64,000 nt of DNA, from NCBI GenBank assembly GCA_025059875.1, contig JANXCT010000002.1:87910-151909 (forward strand), in the 5' to 3' direction. Positions 1 to 10,967 of the stretch are shown here, piece by piece. Position numbers and translations under genes: made by a program. This DNA is from Candidatus Kapaibacterium sp. (GTDB lineage Bacteria; Bacteroidota; Ignavibacteria; Kapaibacteriales; HRBIN21). A model generated the notes under the pieces. It did no database searches, had not been told where the DNA came from, and worked only from the letters and a program-made list of their open reading frames with translations. The number at the start of each line of letters is the position of its first letter. Within the stretch, counting starts at the first letter, position 1.

Positions 1-286
1 TTTCAGCACCCACGTCATTACGCCGTTCGGCGGAACAGGGCTGTGGCGTGCGGTCTACTATAGCGTCCTAATTTCGCACTCCGTTCTAGCAGCCAGTGTG
101 CCGGCATTGGCTATCATAACGCTGTGGCGGGCAGTGCGAAACGACCTCCGTCGCCATCGTGCGATTGCTCGATGGACCTTCCCGATTTGGCTCTATGTCT
201 CCGTTACAGGCGTGCTCATCTACCTGATGCTCTACCACTTGTTTCCGGCGTCTGCATGACGATGTCGGGCTCAATGGTGATGGACG

Positions 287-1009
287 ATGTTTACGCCAAG
301 CGTTGACCGCCGAATCAAGCACATCATCCTCGGTACCGCCGGTACTGTGCTAACGGCAGCAGTTGTGACGTACTTCGGCATGCACAACCGCGTAACCGAC
401 GTTGGCTACCGGCCGCAACAGCCCGTGCCATTCTCGCACAAGCTGCACGTTGGCGAATTGGGAATCAAATGCATTTACTGCCATGCTGGAGTAGAGCGTT
501 CGGCGGTCTCGCCCATCCCCACAGCAAGCTCATGCATGGGATGCCATACTGTCGTCAGGGCGGAGAGTCCGAAGCTAGCTCTCGTGCGAGAAGCTTACGA
601 GACAGGGAAGCCAATCGAGTGGCGCCGTGTCCATAAGCTGCCAGACTACGTCCACTTCAACCATGCCCGGCACATTCGGGCAGGAATCGATTGCGCCTCC
701 TGCCACGGACCTGTTGAACGCATGGGGGTCGTTTCGCAAGTGGCACCGCTCAGCATGGGATGGTGCCTGGATTGCCATCGCAATCCCGAGAAGCACATCA
801 TCCCGGCACGTCCCATCTCCGGTATCTTCACAGGACTCCCCGAACAAAAGCAGCCTGTGAGGAAGGTAAAGCTTGCTGAGAGCCGGCCGGTCACTAACCC
901 GCCGTACGGGATGTGGCAGACGCCAGTACCAGCGCAGGTCATTCCTGGAGTGCCCACACCCAAACTACCGGGACGTGGCCCTGAGAATTGTTCAGCTTGC
1001 CATTACTGA
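287..1009 (+). CDS. actA: Alternative complex III subunit ActA, pentaheme cytochrome c
   Basis: ATG at 287. Five CxxCH motifs (CIYCH, CMGCH, CASCH, CLDCH, CSACH). N-terminal TM helix. First gene of the actABCDEF order. Confidence 0.8.
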   Translation: MFTPSVDRRIKHIILGTAGTVLTAAVVTYFGMHNRVTDVGYRPQQPVPFSHKLHVGELGIKCIYCHAGVERSAVSPIPTASSCMGCHTVVRAESPKLALVREAYETGKPIEWRRVHKLPDYVHFNHARHIRAGIDCASCHGPVERMGVVSQVAPLSMGWCLDCHRNPEKHIIPARPISGIFTGLPEQKQPVRKVKLAESRPVTNPPYGMWQTPVPAQVIPGVPTPKLPGRGPENCSACHY

Positions 1010-1036
1010 TGTAGGGCAACTGCGAGGACCTGCTCA

Positions 1037-4024
1037 ATGCAGCAGCACCTTTGGCGGAGCCTTCAGGACTTCACAGAACTGTCACCGTCCGATCCATGGG
1101 AAGAGCTGCCGGAGCCGTTGCCGGAAGCGGGAGTCAGTCGCCGCCAGTTCCTAAAGCTGGCTTCACTCGGGACAGCGATGGCAGCGATTGCTGCTGGATG
1201 CCGTCGTCCTGACCACAAACTCGTCCCGGCAGTAGCAGCTCCCGAATACCAGATCCCTGGCCTACCACTGTTCTACGCAACCGCTTTCCAGCACAAGAAC
1301 GCTGCCTATGGGCTGGTAGCAAAGTGCCGCGAAGGTCGGCCCATCAAACTTGAAGGTAACGAGCGTCATCCGATGAGTCTGGGAGCTTCCTCCGCTTATG
1401 CACAGGCGCTGCTCTATACCCTCTACGATCCTGACCGAATTCGCCGAGTTCGGATGGGTAAGCAGCGCTCCACTCCTCTGAAGGCCGCTCTGCAAGCGAT
1501 AGCCGAGAAGCTCCAGCAGGTCCAGCAGCAAGGGAAGCTGTGCTACCTCTGCATTGAAGAGCACTGCTCGCCAAGCTACGATGCACTGCTACAGGAGCTC
1601 CAGCGCCGCTTCTCATGGCTGCGAGTTGTCGTGCTCCCAAGCTTCCTGGCTGACACAGCTGCGGCCCTCAACGCGGAGGTGTTAGGTATCCCTGCAGAGT
1701 TCGTTCCGCACTTGGGTCGGGCTGATTACATCCTGAGCGTAGAGGCCGACTTTCTAGGGATTGACCGCTATGCAGTATGGCACACGCACAACTTCGCCCA
1801 GCGGCGACGGCTGCAGTCTCGACAGGACACCATGAACCGCCTCGTAGCTGTCGAGGCACTGATGACCCTGACGGGCACGAATGCAGACTCTCGGCTCCGG
1901 ATGCATCCGGCTGCGTTTGAAGGCTTTTTGGCATCTATCCTCCTAGAGCTTGCTCTCTCTCGGCCAGTCCCTGAACCTGTGCGTCAGGCTGCTTCCCGAA
2001 TCCCTGCTGCTTATGCAGAGAAGGCACAGCAGATAGCCCAAGAGCTCCTTCGTTCTGGCGAGCGAGCTGTTGTCCTGGTAGGTGCGCATTTGCCGCGGAC
2101 AGTTCACGCTTTAGCACTGGCAATCAATACTGCTCTGGGCAGTGTGGGAGAGGGGAAGGTGCTCGATCCTGCCTACACACTGCCTAACAGCTTTCCGAAA
2201 GAGTCCGAGCTAACACGCTTCCGGCAAGATTTGCGTGAAGGGCGTGTCGGTGCACTCCTCTTCGCGAACGTTAACCCAGAGTACAGCGCTGACTGGGAAC
2301 TCCAGCGTCTAATTGCCACAGTACCATGGCGGATTGCACTGTCACTCTACCACGACGAGACGGCAGCTAACTGCTGGATCCACATCCCGGTCGCACACCC
2401 CTTAGAATCGTGGGGGGATGTCATGGCTGCGGATGGCAGCCTGAGTGTCCAGCAGCCGCTAATAGCTCCCCTCAACGAGGGGATTGGGTCGATACAGGAT
2501 GTCCTCATCCTCCTGGCTCAGCAACTGGACACCTCGGCCTTTGCTGGGGTGAAGAGCTACTACGATTTCCTGCGTCAGCGCTGGCAATCGAACTACGGCG
2601 TTACGGATGCGCAGTGGGAGAACATCCTACGTGAGGGGGTCTTTGTACCGCCGCGGCGGCCTGTGCCAACGCTCCGCTTTTCGGCAGCAGCGCTGGCAGC
2701 GGCTATTAGTCCATCGGGACTTAGCCGGGAAGGGCTGCTTGCTATCGCCTTGCCGGCCTACGGGATTTACGACGGCTCCTTCGCTAACTGCGCCTGGCTG
2801 CAGGAGCTGCCTGACCCAGTCTCTAAGCTCGTGTGGGACAACGTTGCTGCGATGAGCCCTGGAACGGCATATCGACTCGGCCTTTCAACGGAGGACGTTG
2901 TTCAGCTTCGCGTGGGAGATGTCAGCATCAAGCTCCCAGTCTGGGTTCAGCCAGGTATGGCAGATGGGGTCATCCTAACGCAGCTCGGCTATGGACGCCG
3001 GGAGGGTGGGGAGGTACTTAGAGGAGTTGGCCAGAACACGTATCCGCTCTTGCCGCAAGGGAGGTTAAGCTATGTCGTGGTGAGCCTTGAGCCACTGAGA
3101 GAGCGATACCCCCTGGCAACGACCCAGCACCATGCTCGACTCTATGGACGCCCAATTGTCCGAGTAACGACGTTGGCTGAGTACCAGTCCCCAGAGGGCC
3201 CACGCTTTGAGGAGCCGAAGTTTCCAGGCTACCCCTCACCGGACGGCCGGTATCGCATTCCACTAACAATTGTGCCTCCATATGAGTACAAGGGCCACCG
3301 GTGGGGGATGGTGATCGACATGAATACTTGCACCGGTTGTGGGGCCTGCATCATTGCCTGTCAGGCAGAGAACAACATTCCGACAGTTGGCAAAGAGGAA
3401 GTCCGGCGGGGGAGGGAGATGCATTGGATCCGGATAGACCGGTACTACCTTGGCTCCCCAGACGCCCCATGGGTGGTGCATCAGCCGATGCTGTGTCAAC
3501 ACTGCGAGAATGCCCCCTGCGAAAATGTTTGCCCCGTAGCCGCAACTACTCACAGTCCAGAGGGGCTCAATGAGATGACCTACAACCGCTGCGTTGGTAC
3601 TCGGTACTGCTTGAACAATTGCCCCTACAAGGTGCGTCGCTTCAACTTCCTGGATTACCATACCGACCGGCGACCACCGAAGGAGATGCTCTTCAATCCC
3701 GACGTCACTGTGCGCATGCGTGGCATTATGGAGAAGTGTACCTTCTGCGTCCAGCGCATCAACGAGGCAAAATACCATGCGAAAGATGAGGGACGAGAGC
3801 GTGTCCGGGATGGTGAAGTCCTCACAGCCTGTCAGCAAGCATGTCCTGCAGGAGCGATCATCTTCGGAGATATGAACGACCCGCAGAGCAAAGTTGCTCA
3901 GCTGCGGCTGAATGATCGTGGATACCACGTGTTAGAGGAGCTTAACGTGCGTCCATCCGTAACCTACCTTGCAAAGGTGTGGAACGTGCAGCCAGAGGAA
4001 GTCTCCCAAGTCAGAACAGCATAG
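1037..4024 (+). CDS. actB: ACIII subunit ActB, molybdopterin-oxidoreductase-like with Fe-S ferredoxin domain, Tat-exported
   Basis: 995 aa. Twin-arginine signal ([20 protein letters not shown]). C-terminal 4Fe-4S motifs ([38 protein letters not shown]) typical of PsrB/NrfC-like ActB. Confidence 0.85.
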   Translation: MQQHLWRSLQDFTELSPSDPWEELPEPLPEAGVSRRQFLKLASLGTAMAAIAAGCRRPDHKLVPAVAAPEYQIPGLPLFYATAFQHKNAAYGLVAKCREGRPIKLEGNERHPMSLGASSAYAQALLYTLYDPDRIRRVRMGKQRSTPLKAALQAIAEKLQQVQQQGKLCYLCIEEHCSPSYDALLQELQRRFSWLRVVVLPSFLADTAAALNAEVLGIPAEFVPHLGRADYILSVEADFLGIDRYAVWHTHNFAQRRRLQSRQDTMNRLVAVEALMTLTGTNADSRLRMHPAAFEGFLASILLELALSRPVPEPVRQAASRIPAAYAEKAQQIAQELLRSGERAVVLVGAHLPRTVHALALAINTALGSVGEGKVLDPAYTLPNSFPKESELTRFRQDLREGRVGALLFANVNPEYSADWELQRLIATVPWRIALSLYHDETAANCWIHIPVAHPLESWGDVMAADGSLSVQQPLIAPLNEGIGSIQDVLILLAQQLDTSAFAGVKSYYDFLRQRWQSNYGVTDAQWENILREGVFVPPRRPVPTLRFSAAALAAAISPSGLSREGLLAIALPAYGIYDGSFANCAWLQELPDPVSKLVWDNVAAMSPGTAYRLGLSTEDVVQLRVGDVSIKLPVWVQPGMADGVILTQLGYGRREGGEVLRGVGQNTYPLLPQGRLSYVVVSLEPLRERYPLATTQHHARLYGRPIVRVTTLAEYQSPEGPRFEEPKFPGYPSPDGRYRIPLTIVPPYEYKGHRWGMVIDMNTCTGCGACIIACQAENNIPTVGKEEVRRGREMHWIRIDRYYLGSPDAPWVVHQPMLCQHCENAPCENVCPVAATTHSPEGLNEMTYNRCVGTRYCLNNCPYKVRRFNFLDYHTDRRPPKEMLFNPDVTVRMRGIMEKCTFCVQRINEAKYHAKDEGRERVRDGEVLTACQQACPAGAIIFGDMNDPQSKVAQLRLNDRGYHVLEELNVRPSVTYLAKVWNVQPEEVSQVRTA

Positions 4025-4025
4025 C

Positions 4026-5429
4026 ATGGCACAGATCGCTGTAGAGACTACTCCAAGGGTTGACCATGAACCCTTACGGGAGAGCCTAGTCCTTGGGAAC
4101 CCGACCCTCCACGATGTAACGGAGAAAATCGCTGGGATCATAGAGCGACCGCCTACCTGGAAGTATTGGCTCACACTATCGATTACGGGGCTAGCCGCTG
4201 CCTGGGGAATCTTCTGCATTGGGTATACGATTGCAACGGGCATCGGTGTCTGGGGGCTCAATAACCCCGTAGCATGGGGGTGGGACATCACGAACTTCGT
4301 CTGGTGGATCGGTATTGGTCATGCCGGTACCCTCATTTCGGCCATCCTTCACCTCTTCCGCCAGCGCTGGCGTACGGCCATCAACCGCTCTGCCGAGGCG
4401 ATGACCATCTTTGCCGTCATCTGTGCTGGGTTATTCCCCCTCATCCATCTTGGCCGACCATGGTTTGCCTACTGGCTGCTCCCATATCCTAACCAGATGT
4501 ACATGTGGGTGAACTTTCGCTCGCCCCTAATCTGGGACGTGTTTGCAGTGTCTACATACTTGACGGTGTCCATTCTCTTTTGGTACCTCGGGCTATTGCC
4601 AGATCTGGCTACAGTTCGGAACTTCGTGCAGCGTCGCTTGCCGAAGGCGATCTACTCCTTCTTCAGCCTCGGGTGGGTTGGAGCAGCTCGCCATTGGCAG
4701 CACTACGAGATTGCATACCTCATCTTGGCAGCTATCTCTACACCGCTAGTCCTCTCCGTCCACAGCGTCGTATCGTTCGATTTCGCCGTCTCCATCTTGC
4801 CGGGGTGGCACACCACGATCTTTCCACCGTACTTTGTTGCTGGCGCTATCTTTTCCGGATTTGCAATGGTGCTCACCCTGGTGTTGATCGCCCGCTGGGT
4901 CCTGAATCTACAGGACTTCATCACGCTGAAGCACATTGATAACATGAACCGAATCCTCCTCGCCACCGGCATGATGGTAGGCTACGCCTACGCAATGGAG
5001 TTCTTCGTCGCGATGTATAGCGGTAACGAGTATGAGCGGTATGTCTTCCTCAACCGCGCCTTCGGTCCATATGGGTGGGCATACTGGGCGATGGTATTCT
5101 GCAACGTCGCTGTTCCCCAGCTCTTCTGGTCGCGGCGCCTCCGGCGGAACATCGTCGTTACCTTCATCGCCTCCATCCTTGTGAACATCGGGATGTGGTT
5201 TGAGCGCTTTGTCATCATCGTCTCCTCACTCCACCACGACTTCCTGCCGGCCAGCTGGGGGTACTACGCGCCGACCTGGGTGGAGGTGTCCATCTACGTT
5301 GGGACGTTGGGCATCTTCTTCACGCTCTTCTTGCTGTTTGCGAAGTATGTCCCCATCATTGCCATCTCGGAAGTCAAGGCCATACTCCCTCGGTCACAGC
5401 CTCAGCACCATGTACCAGTAGCTGCTTAG
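4026..5429 (+). CDS. actC: ACIII subunit ActC, NrfD/PsrC-family integral membrane quinol-interacting subunit
   Basis: ATG at 4026 sits 2 nt after the actB stop. The longer ORF from 3969 overlaps actB and I rejected it. Polytopic membrane protein with NrfD-like W/G-rich helices. Confidence 0.8.
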   Translation: MAQIAVETTPRVDHEPLRESLVLGNPTLHDVTEKIAGIIERPPTWKYWLTLSITGLAAAWGIFCIGYTIATGIGVWGLNNPVAWGWDITNFVWWIGIGHAGTLISAILHLFRQRWRTAINRSAEAMTIFAVICAGLFPLIHLGRPWFAYWLLPYPNQMYMWVNFRSPLIWDVFAVSTYLTVSILFWYLGLLPDLATVRNFVQRRLPKAIYSFFSLGWVGAARHWQHYEIAYLILAAISTPLVLSVHSVVSFDFAVSILPGWHTTIFPPYFVAGAIFSGFAMVLTLVLIARWVLNLQDFITLKHIDNMNRILLATGMMVGYAYAMEFFVAMYSGNEYERYVFLNRAFGPYGWAYWAMVFCNVAVPQLFWSRRLRRNIVVTFIASILVNIGMWFERFVIIVSSLHHDFLPASWGYYAPTWVEVSIYVGTLGIFFTLFLLFAKYVPIIAISEVKAILPRSQPQHHVPVAA

Positions 5430-5436
5430 GCTACGA

Positions 5437-5976
5437 ATGGTAGCGAAGCCCAAACCTCTAGCCGTCATGGGGAACTACAAGGACCCTGATGCCCTGCTAC
5501 AAGCCGTGGTAGAGATCCGCAAGGCAGGCTACCGGCACTTTGAGGTCTACACGCCGTATCCTATCCACGGGCTGGAGCAGGCAATGGGATTGCAGCGTAG
5601 TCGGCTATCTTACATTTCTCTGTTTGGTGGGTTGGCTGGTTTAGGAACAGCCCTCTTACTGCAGTGGTGGACTGGCGCCGTTGACTACCCCCTCAACATC
5701 GGTGGGAAGCCCTTTTTTGCATGGGAATTCTCCGTTCCGGTCAACTTTGAGCTAACCGTCCTCTTTACGGCATTTGCCACAGTCATTGGCTTCCTCTGGT
5801 TGTGCCGGCTACCTCGCTGGTACTCGGACTACCAGCATGATGCTGGCTTCCGGGCTGCAACGGACGACACGTTCGTTGTGAGTATAGAGAGTCGTGACCC
5901 GCTGTTCTCCATAGAGGAGACCCGAGCGCTCTTAGAGCGTCTTGGAGCAGAGAGTGTGCGCTTAGTCGAGGCGTAG
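5437..5976 (+). CDS. actD: ACIII subunit ActD
   Basis: 179 aa, two predicted TM helices, conserved position between actC and actE. Confidence 0.7.
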   Translation: MVAKPKPLAVMGNYKDPDALLQAVVEIRKAGYRHFEVYTPYPIHGLEQAMGLQRSRLSYISLFGGLAGLGTALLLQWWTGAVDYPLNIGGKPFFAWEFSVPVNFELTVLFTAFATVIGFLWLCRLPRWYSDYQHDAGFRAATDDTFVVSIESRDPLFSIEETRALLERLGAESVRLVEA

Positions 5977-5980
5977 TGCG

Positions 5981-6619
5981 ATGGAAGCGTTCCGTCGGAT
6001 TCGGTGGTGGTACATCCCGATCGGCATCGTAGGCATTGCTTTCGTGGGGTTCTGGATTCTTGTCTTTTCGGGTCAGAAGACATGGTTTTCGGAACACCCG
6101 CCACTGCAAATCATCTCTGATATGGATGACCAATTCCGCGTTGACCCGTTGGAGGCCTCTCGCTTCTTTGCAGATCGTAGCTCCTTCCGCATACCACCTG
6201 AGCACACTGTCCCCCGAGATGCACGATCCTATCCGCTAGGACAGGCCGATGTCACGAAAGCGGAAGAGCTCTTCCCGCAGGCTCCATTCCCGGTGAACGA
6301 CTATGTCCTTGCGTACGGCCGCAACCGCTATGACATTTTCTGCAGTCCATGCCACGGCGTGGATGGGAAAGGGAACGGACCTGTCGTCCAGCGTGGCTTC
6401 GTAGCTCCACCGGACCTAACCCGCCCGCAAGCACAAGCATACAGCGATGCTCGTATCTTCCATGTCATCAGTGCTGGGCAAAACATTATGCCCTCCTATG
6501 CGAGCAAGCTCGCCGAGCCAGAGCGCTGGGCGATTGTCTACTACATCCGCCAGCTCCAGCGGACGGCCAGCGGTGCTTCCGCTGCCCAGCTGTCAGTACC
6601 TGCACCACAGCATCAGTGA
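5981..6619 (+). CDS. actE: ACIII subunit ActE, monoheme cytochrome c
   Basis: Single CSPCHG haem motif, N-terminal TM anchor, position after actD. Confidence 0.75.
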   Translation: MEAFRRIRWWYIPIGIVGIAFVGFWILVFSGQKTWFSEHPPLQIISDMDDQFRVDPLEASRFFADRSSFRIPPEHTVPRDARSYPLGQADVTKAEELFPQAPFPVNDYVLAYGRNRYDIFCSPCHGVDGKGNGPVVQRGFVAPPDLTRPQAQAYSDARIFHVISAGQNIMPSYASKLAEPERWAIVYYIRQLQRTASGASAAQLSVPAPQHQ

Positions 6620-6639
6620 GTTAGAGGAACGAACCAGCA

Positions 6640-7845
6640 ATGGGCAGCCACCCATTCGTTTACGAAGTGCCGAGTCTCCAAGGGAGTCGATTCGTGCAGA
6701 CTCTGCAGCGCATAGGTACAGTCCTCTTGGTCATCGGACTGTTGGGAACTGCGTTTACTGCGGTACTAACACCCGAGCGGTTGGCACCGAGCTACATTCT
6801 CGGATTCTTCTACGTCCTCAGTATCGCAGTTACGGCTACCCTCCTAAGCGCTCTGCTCTTCTTAGTGAGGGCAGGGTGGAGCGCAACGGTACGCCGAAGC
6901 ATAGAGTTCGTTGCAGCGCCCCTGCCTCTCTTGCTCTTAGGACTGCTCCCTCTTGCTATCGCTCCTGGTCTTTTCTTCCACTGGATTCACGAGCTCCATG
7001 CTGGCGATCCAATCATCGCTAGCAAGGGTTGGTTTCTCAACGAACCTTTCCTCGCTGCTCGACTGATACTCTACGGAGTTGCGTGGGCCTTCATGTACTG
7101 CTCTGTCATTGGGAACTCTCTCCGCCAAGACCTCGCTCCGGAAGGGGATTATACCCCGACACTCCGTAACTTCCGACGGTCAGCCCTCTGGGTACTTGTG
7201 TATGCTTTGACCTTTACCTTCGCCTCGGTTGATCTCCTGATGGCCCTTGAGCCGCACTGGTACAGCACTATCTTCGGCGTTTACAGCTTTGCGGCCAGCT
7301 TTACGGCCACTCTTTCTGCTGTTATCCTTCTCGTGGTCGCTTTGCGGGAGCAGGGGTATTTGCGAGACTTCGTGACAGACGAGCACTACCACGACTTAGG
7401 GAAGCTCCTCTTTGCGTTCTGCATTTTCTGGGCATACATCGCTTTCTCGCAGTACATGCTGATCTGGTACGGGAATCTGCCAGAAGAGACGGTCTACTTT
7501 CTCAAGCGAATGGGGCAAGGGACATGGCAGATCTTCGGCATTTTCTTGCCAGCATTACGCTTCGTCCTTCCCTTTGTCCTCTTACTACGGCGGGATGCAA
7601 AGAGGAATCCTCGCATCCTCGTAGCAGCGGCCATCGCCGTGCTGCTTGGCCATTACGTTGACATTGCCTGGATCGTGCTGCCAGCATTCGCTCCAAGCCT
7701 ACGGTGGGGATGGCAGGAAGTAGGAGTGCTCACCGCATGGCTGGGCGTTGCACTCCTTTTAGTTGCCCGCCAGATGCAGCGTGTTCCTGCTGTCGCGTAC
7801 CGTGATCCGTACTTCCAGGAGTCCCTCCACACCGTTTCTGGATGA
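6640..7845 (+). CDS. actF: ACIII subunit ActF, NrfD-like membrane subunit
   Basis: 401 aa polytopic membrane protein, paralogous in character to ActC, last gene of the act operon. Confidence 0.75.
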   Translation: MGSHPFVYEVPSLQGSRFVQTLQRIGTVLLVIGLLGTAFTAVLTPERLAPSYILGFFYVLSIAVTATLLSALLFLVRAGWSATVRRSIEFVAAPLPLLLLGLLPLAIAPGLFFHWIHELHAGDPIIASKGWFLNEPFLAARLILYGVAWAFMYCSVIGNSLRQDLAPEGDYTPTLRNFRRSALWVLVYALTFTFASVDLLMALEPHWYSTIFGVYSFAASFTATLSAVILLVVALREQGYLRDFVTDEHYHDLGKLLFAFCIFWAYIAFSQYMLIWYGNLPEETVYFLKRMGQGTWQIFGIFLPALRFVLPFVLLLRRDAKRNPRILVAAAIAVLLGHYVDIAWIVLPAFAPSLRWGWQEVGVLTAWLGVALLLVARQMQRVPAVAYRDPYFQESLHTVSG

Positions 7846-8903
7846 ATCCCACAGAGCAGACTGCTCTGAGCGTTTTAGGGGCCATAGGAATAGCGGCAGG
7901 TGGGTGGATCGCCGATTTCATCCTCTACCGCTTCCTTAAAGGAGTGGCTCGACGGACACAGTGGTGGTGGGGAAATGCGATAGCAGAGTCCCTTCGGAGG
8001 ACACTGTTTGCTAGTACCATAGTCGTCGCAGTCTTCTGGCTTGTCCGGTGGATCACGTTACCGGCATCGCTCATCCTGATCATGGACAGGGTCCTCTTAG
8101 TAGCAGGCATTGGAATTGCTACTGTCGCGTTGCTACGCTTTGCGATTCGTGCCGTACGCCATTGGCTCCATGCTACCGACAGTGGATTGCCAGCTGTTTC
8201 CATCCTGGTCAACGTTGTACGCCTGGGGATCATTATCGTTGCAGCTCTAATTGTGCTCCAGGTACTTGGGATCCCGATTGCACCGTTGCTAACAGCACTC
8301 GGAATTGGTGGACTAGCGTTAGCCTTAGCACTGCAGGACACGCTCTCCAACCTCTTCGCTGGGCTTCACATATTAGCAGCCCGACAAGTTCGTCCAGGTG
8401 ATTTCGTTCGGCTAGATACTGGGCATGAAGGGGTAGTGGAAGACGTCAACTGGCGCAACACCACGATCCGAACATTAGGCAACAACGTGGTGATCATCCC
8501 GAATAGTCGCCTTGCCAATGCTGTGCTCGTCAACTACCGAGTCCCAGAGCCGGAACTCTCGGTGACCGTTCCGATTCAAGTAGCTTACGGCAGCGATCTG
8601 GAACTCGTCGAAAGGGTGACCTTAGAAGTGGCACGTGGGGTTCAGCAGGAGGTCGAGGGCGCCGTGAGGGAGTTCCAGCCACTCGTTCGCCTTCAGGAGT
8701 TCACCGACTATGGTATCCGGCTGCTCGTCATCTTACGTGCTGAGAAGGCAGAAGACCAGTATCTCTTACGCCATGAATTCTTGAAGCGCCTCCTGGTTGC
8801 ATATCGCTCGGCAGGGATTGAAATACCGTTTCCTACGCATCGCGTTACTGGGGACCTGCAGGTGAGCTGGTCTCCTAGGGAGTTTCCACTTGGAACTGCG
8901 TAG
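7842..8903 (+). CDS. Mechanosensitive ion channel, MscS family
   Basis: ATGA start/stop overlap with actF. TM helices followed by a MscS-like beta-domain (ILAARQVRPGDFVRLDTGHEGVVEDVNWRNTTIRTLGNNVVIIPNS). Confidence 0.75.
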   Translation: MNPTEQTALSVLGAIGIAAGGWIADFILYRFLKGVARRTQWWWGNAIAESLRRTLFASTIVVAVFWLVRWITLPASLILIMDRVLLVAGIGIATVALLRFAIRAVRHWLHATDSGLPAVSILVNVVRLGIIIVAALIVLQVLGIPIAPLLTALGIGGLALALALQDTLSNLFAGLHILAARQVRPGDFVRLDTGHEGVVEDVNWRNTTIRTLGNNVVIIPNSRLANAVLVNYRVPEPELSVTVPIQVAYGSDLELVERVTLEVARGVQQEVEGAVREFQPLVRLQEFTDYGIRLLVILRAEKAEDQYLLRHEFLKRLLVAYRSAGIEIPFPTHRVTGDLQVSWSPREFPLGTA

Positions 8904-8981
8904 AGAGCTCAGACTGATAAGGGACATTATGTAAACTTCATGCTCCCGTCCATACTTCGTCCATGCTTCCCGACCTCTCCC

Positions 8982-9968
8982 TCAGAGCCAGAGAAGCACG
9001 TACTGGCGTTGCTCCCTGCCGGTACAGATCCGCAGTAGCAGAGGTTGTCCACGGACTGGGAGGCACAGATGCTGCCTGATGGTTCCCTCAGAGAGGCAGC
9101 GCCCTTCAACGGTGAAGATGCTGTAGCGTGCACCTCGGGCAATTCCTAGACTTCCTAGACCCTCAGCAGGCAGGCAGGGTTCACGGAGCAAGAGTTGGGA
9201 GCTTACGGTGGTGTAAGTCTCGGGAATAGACCGCACCTCTGTAGGAGAGCTCACCAGATACCGGCTCCCGATGGCGTCTAGGTCGAAGCCGCTCAAGGTT
9301 GGGTCCCAAAAGGGATGCTGCGGCTGCCGAGCTAGCCATATAGTGAGGTCGGTAATCCGAATGTAGCGCACAGAGTCAATGCTGAGAGCCTGTAGATCAA
9401 ACCAATCCCCACCACTCTGTGAAGGGTCAAGCAAGTCTTGAGCAGCGCCATTCGTTGGAGTCCTGCCCGCACAGCCCTCCAGAGTCAAGCTATCCCACAG
9501 GAAGCTCTGCCATGTAATTCCATCTTTGCTGACGCTGACCAGTGCTGGCTCAACGAAGACTCTGCCGCGAGGCGTCACGAAGGCATTCTCAAAGATTACG
9601 AAGTCGGGACCTGGTCCGTCCACGATAACCTTACCTCGGAATCCAACGACGATTTCGCCCCCCATGCCAAGCGAGAGGATTTGGTGGGGGTTAGCTGACG
9701 GCAAAGATGGCCGCGCTGCTGTATCGGGCGGGCCAAATATGTTCCGGGGGTAGTATGCGCTGTCTTGGCCAAAGTTCTGCCCACTGCCAGGCCGAAAGGC
9801 GACGACGGTGTCGATCCAGCCGCGCTCCCAGCGATATGCGCCCCCTGAAAACACTGGTACGCTGAGGGTATACACGGCTATCCATGTCTGCAGTAGTTTT
9901 GTACTCTGTAACCTCGGCAGCATTCCAGATGAAGTCGCAGAGAGACGGCCGTTGGAAGCAGACGTCAA
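8982..9968 (-). CDS. Hypothetical protein, beta-rich, possibly secreted
   Basis: 328-aa ORF with no alternative on the other strand. No recognisable domain. The start is uncertain because it overlaps the 5' end of the next + strand gene. Confidence 0.35.
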   Translation of the reverse strand: MTSASNGRLSATSSGMLPRLQSTKLLQTWIAVYTLSVPVFSGGAYRWERGWIDTVVAFRPGSGQNFGQDSAYYPRNIFGPPDTAARPSLPSANPHQILSLGMGGEIVVGFRGKVIVDGPGPDFVIFENAFVTPRGRVFVEPALVSVSKDGITWQSFLWDSLTLEGCAGRTPTNGAAQDLLDPSQSGGDWFDLQALSIDSVRYIRITDLTIWLARQPQHPFWDPTLSGFDLDAIGSRYLVSSPTEVRSIPETYTTVSSQLLLREPCLPAEGLGSLGIARGARYSIFTVEGRCLSEGTIRQHLCLPVRGQPLLLRICTGREQRQYVLLWL

Positions 9969-10570
9969 TTGCCCTTGGGCTTATTGTACTGGCAGCCCTG
10001 AGCCGTCTACTCCCCCACCCTCCCAACTTCACCCCAATGATGGCGATAGCTCTCTTCGGAGGCACGGTGTTAAGTTCGGGTTGGGCCTATGGAATTCCAC
10101 TCGGAGCCATGGCACTGAGCGATATTGCTTTGGGATTTCTGAACCGAGACTGGACGATCACCTTCCACCCTACCCTTCCGGTCGTTTACGGTTGCTTTGC
10201 CATAGGGGTTGCTTTGGCGCAGGGCTTCTTAAGGCTCAAGTTCCGCTTAAGCCGGTTGGTAGCCGTGGTGTTTGCCTCGTCGTTCATCTTCTTCATTGTG
10301 ACAAACTTTGCCGTTTGGCTTCTGACCGATTGGTACCCGAAGACCATAGAGGGACTAGTAGCCTGTTACGTCGCAGCCCTTCCTTTTTACCGTAACAGCT
10401 TGATGGCAGATATCGTGTACTCAGGCCTGCTCTTCGGGGCTTACTTTTCCGCTGCACGGCTGTTTGGCTACGTTCCTGTTCCTGGCTGGGGACACCTAAG
10501 CCAGGGTTTTACGCGGTTATTGCCCGGTGACGACGAGTCAGAACACGTACGAAGACAGCAGCAGCTTTGA
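9929..10570 (+). CDS. Integral membrane protein of unknown function (DUF6580-like)
   Basis: Motif LSRLLPHPPNFTPMMAIALFGG followed by 5-6 TM helices. Start placed at an internal ATG (MKSQRDG...) to reduce overlap with the antisense ORF. Confidence 0.5.
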   Translation: MKSQRDGRWKQTSIALGLIVLAALSRLLPHPPNFTPMMAIALFGGTVLSSGWAYGIPLGAMALSDIALGFLNRDWTITFHPTLPVVYGCFAIGVALAQGFLRLKFRLSRLVAVVFASSFIFFIVTNFAVWLLTDWYPKTIEGLVACYVAALPFYRNSLMADIVYSGLLFGAYFSAARLFGYVPVPGWGHLSQGFTRLLPGDDESEHVRRQQQL

Positions 10571-10937
10571 GGATACCGCTGATAAGGGCTGCAGCATCTT
10601 CCAGAGGTGGAGCAACCCTTCTGTATACTCTCTGTTCCAGACTGCGCACGTCCTCCGCGATTCCTTGCAGAATTGCCAGGAAGCGCTGTAGTGCTCCAAG
10701 GCTTGGTTCTACTTGGTTGAGGATTCTGTCAAAGCGCTGAGCAGCCGTCGTTATCGCTTCTACACCAGGAATGAGGCTTCGGCGAAGCTCACCGAGCAAG
10801 CGGAGGAGGTCATGGAGACTGATTTCCACGGTGCGGAAGATCCTTTGAAGTTGGAGGAGCAGCCGCACCAGGACGAATCCTATAGTGAGCAAGACAATCG
10901 CTGCTGTGGCAATCAGTACAGAAAGCCACGTTTCCAT
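10509..10937 (-). CDS. DUF948-like membrane-anchored coiled-coil protein
   Basis: Single N-terminal TM helix then a long helical region, 142 aa. Architecture typical of DUF948. Confidence 0.5.
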   Translation of the reverse strand: METWLSVLIATAAIVLLTIGFVLVRLLLQLQRIFRTVEISLHDLLRLLGELRRSLIPGVEAITTAAQRFDRILNQVEPSLGALQRFLAILQGIAEDVRSLEQRVYRRVAPPLEDAAALISGILKAAAVFVRVLTRRHRAITA

Positions 10938-10967
10938 GGTTCTCCCCTAGCTCCTGATGGGCAGTCC

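Noticed and set aside
1-63. Possible 3' end of an upstream + strand CDS (…FQHPRHYAVRRNRAVACGLL*)
   Set aside because: Only 20 codons are visible and they are not identifiable, so it is too short to call.
86-322. Small ORFs (86..322 -, 124..306 +) in the actA leader
   Set aside because: No homology. They lie in the promoter/5' region of actA and are typical random ORFs of high-GC DNA.
3263-3928. 221-aa antisense ORF inside actB. The same applies to 19521..19991, 22986..23249, 26927..27337, 27483..27812, 54213..54596 and other ORFs embedded opposite well-supported genes
   Set aside because: These are shadow ORFs, common in high-GC genomes. The opposite-strand genes have clear family motifs and these do not.
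3969-4025. Upstream extension of actC (start at 3969) overlapping actB by 56 nt
   Set aside because: The ATG at 4026 directly follows the actB stop and begins the conserved ActC N-terminus. I judged the extension to be frame read-through.
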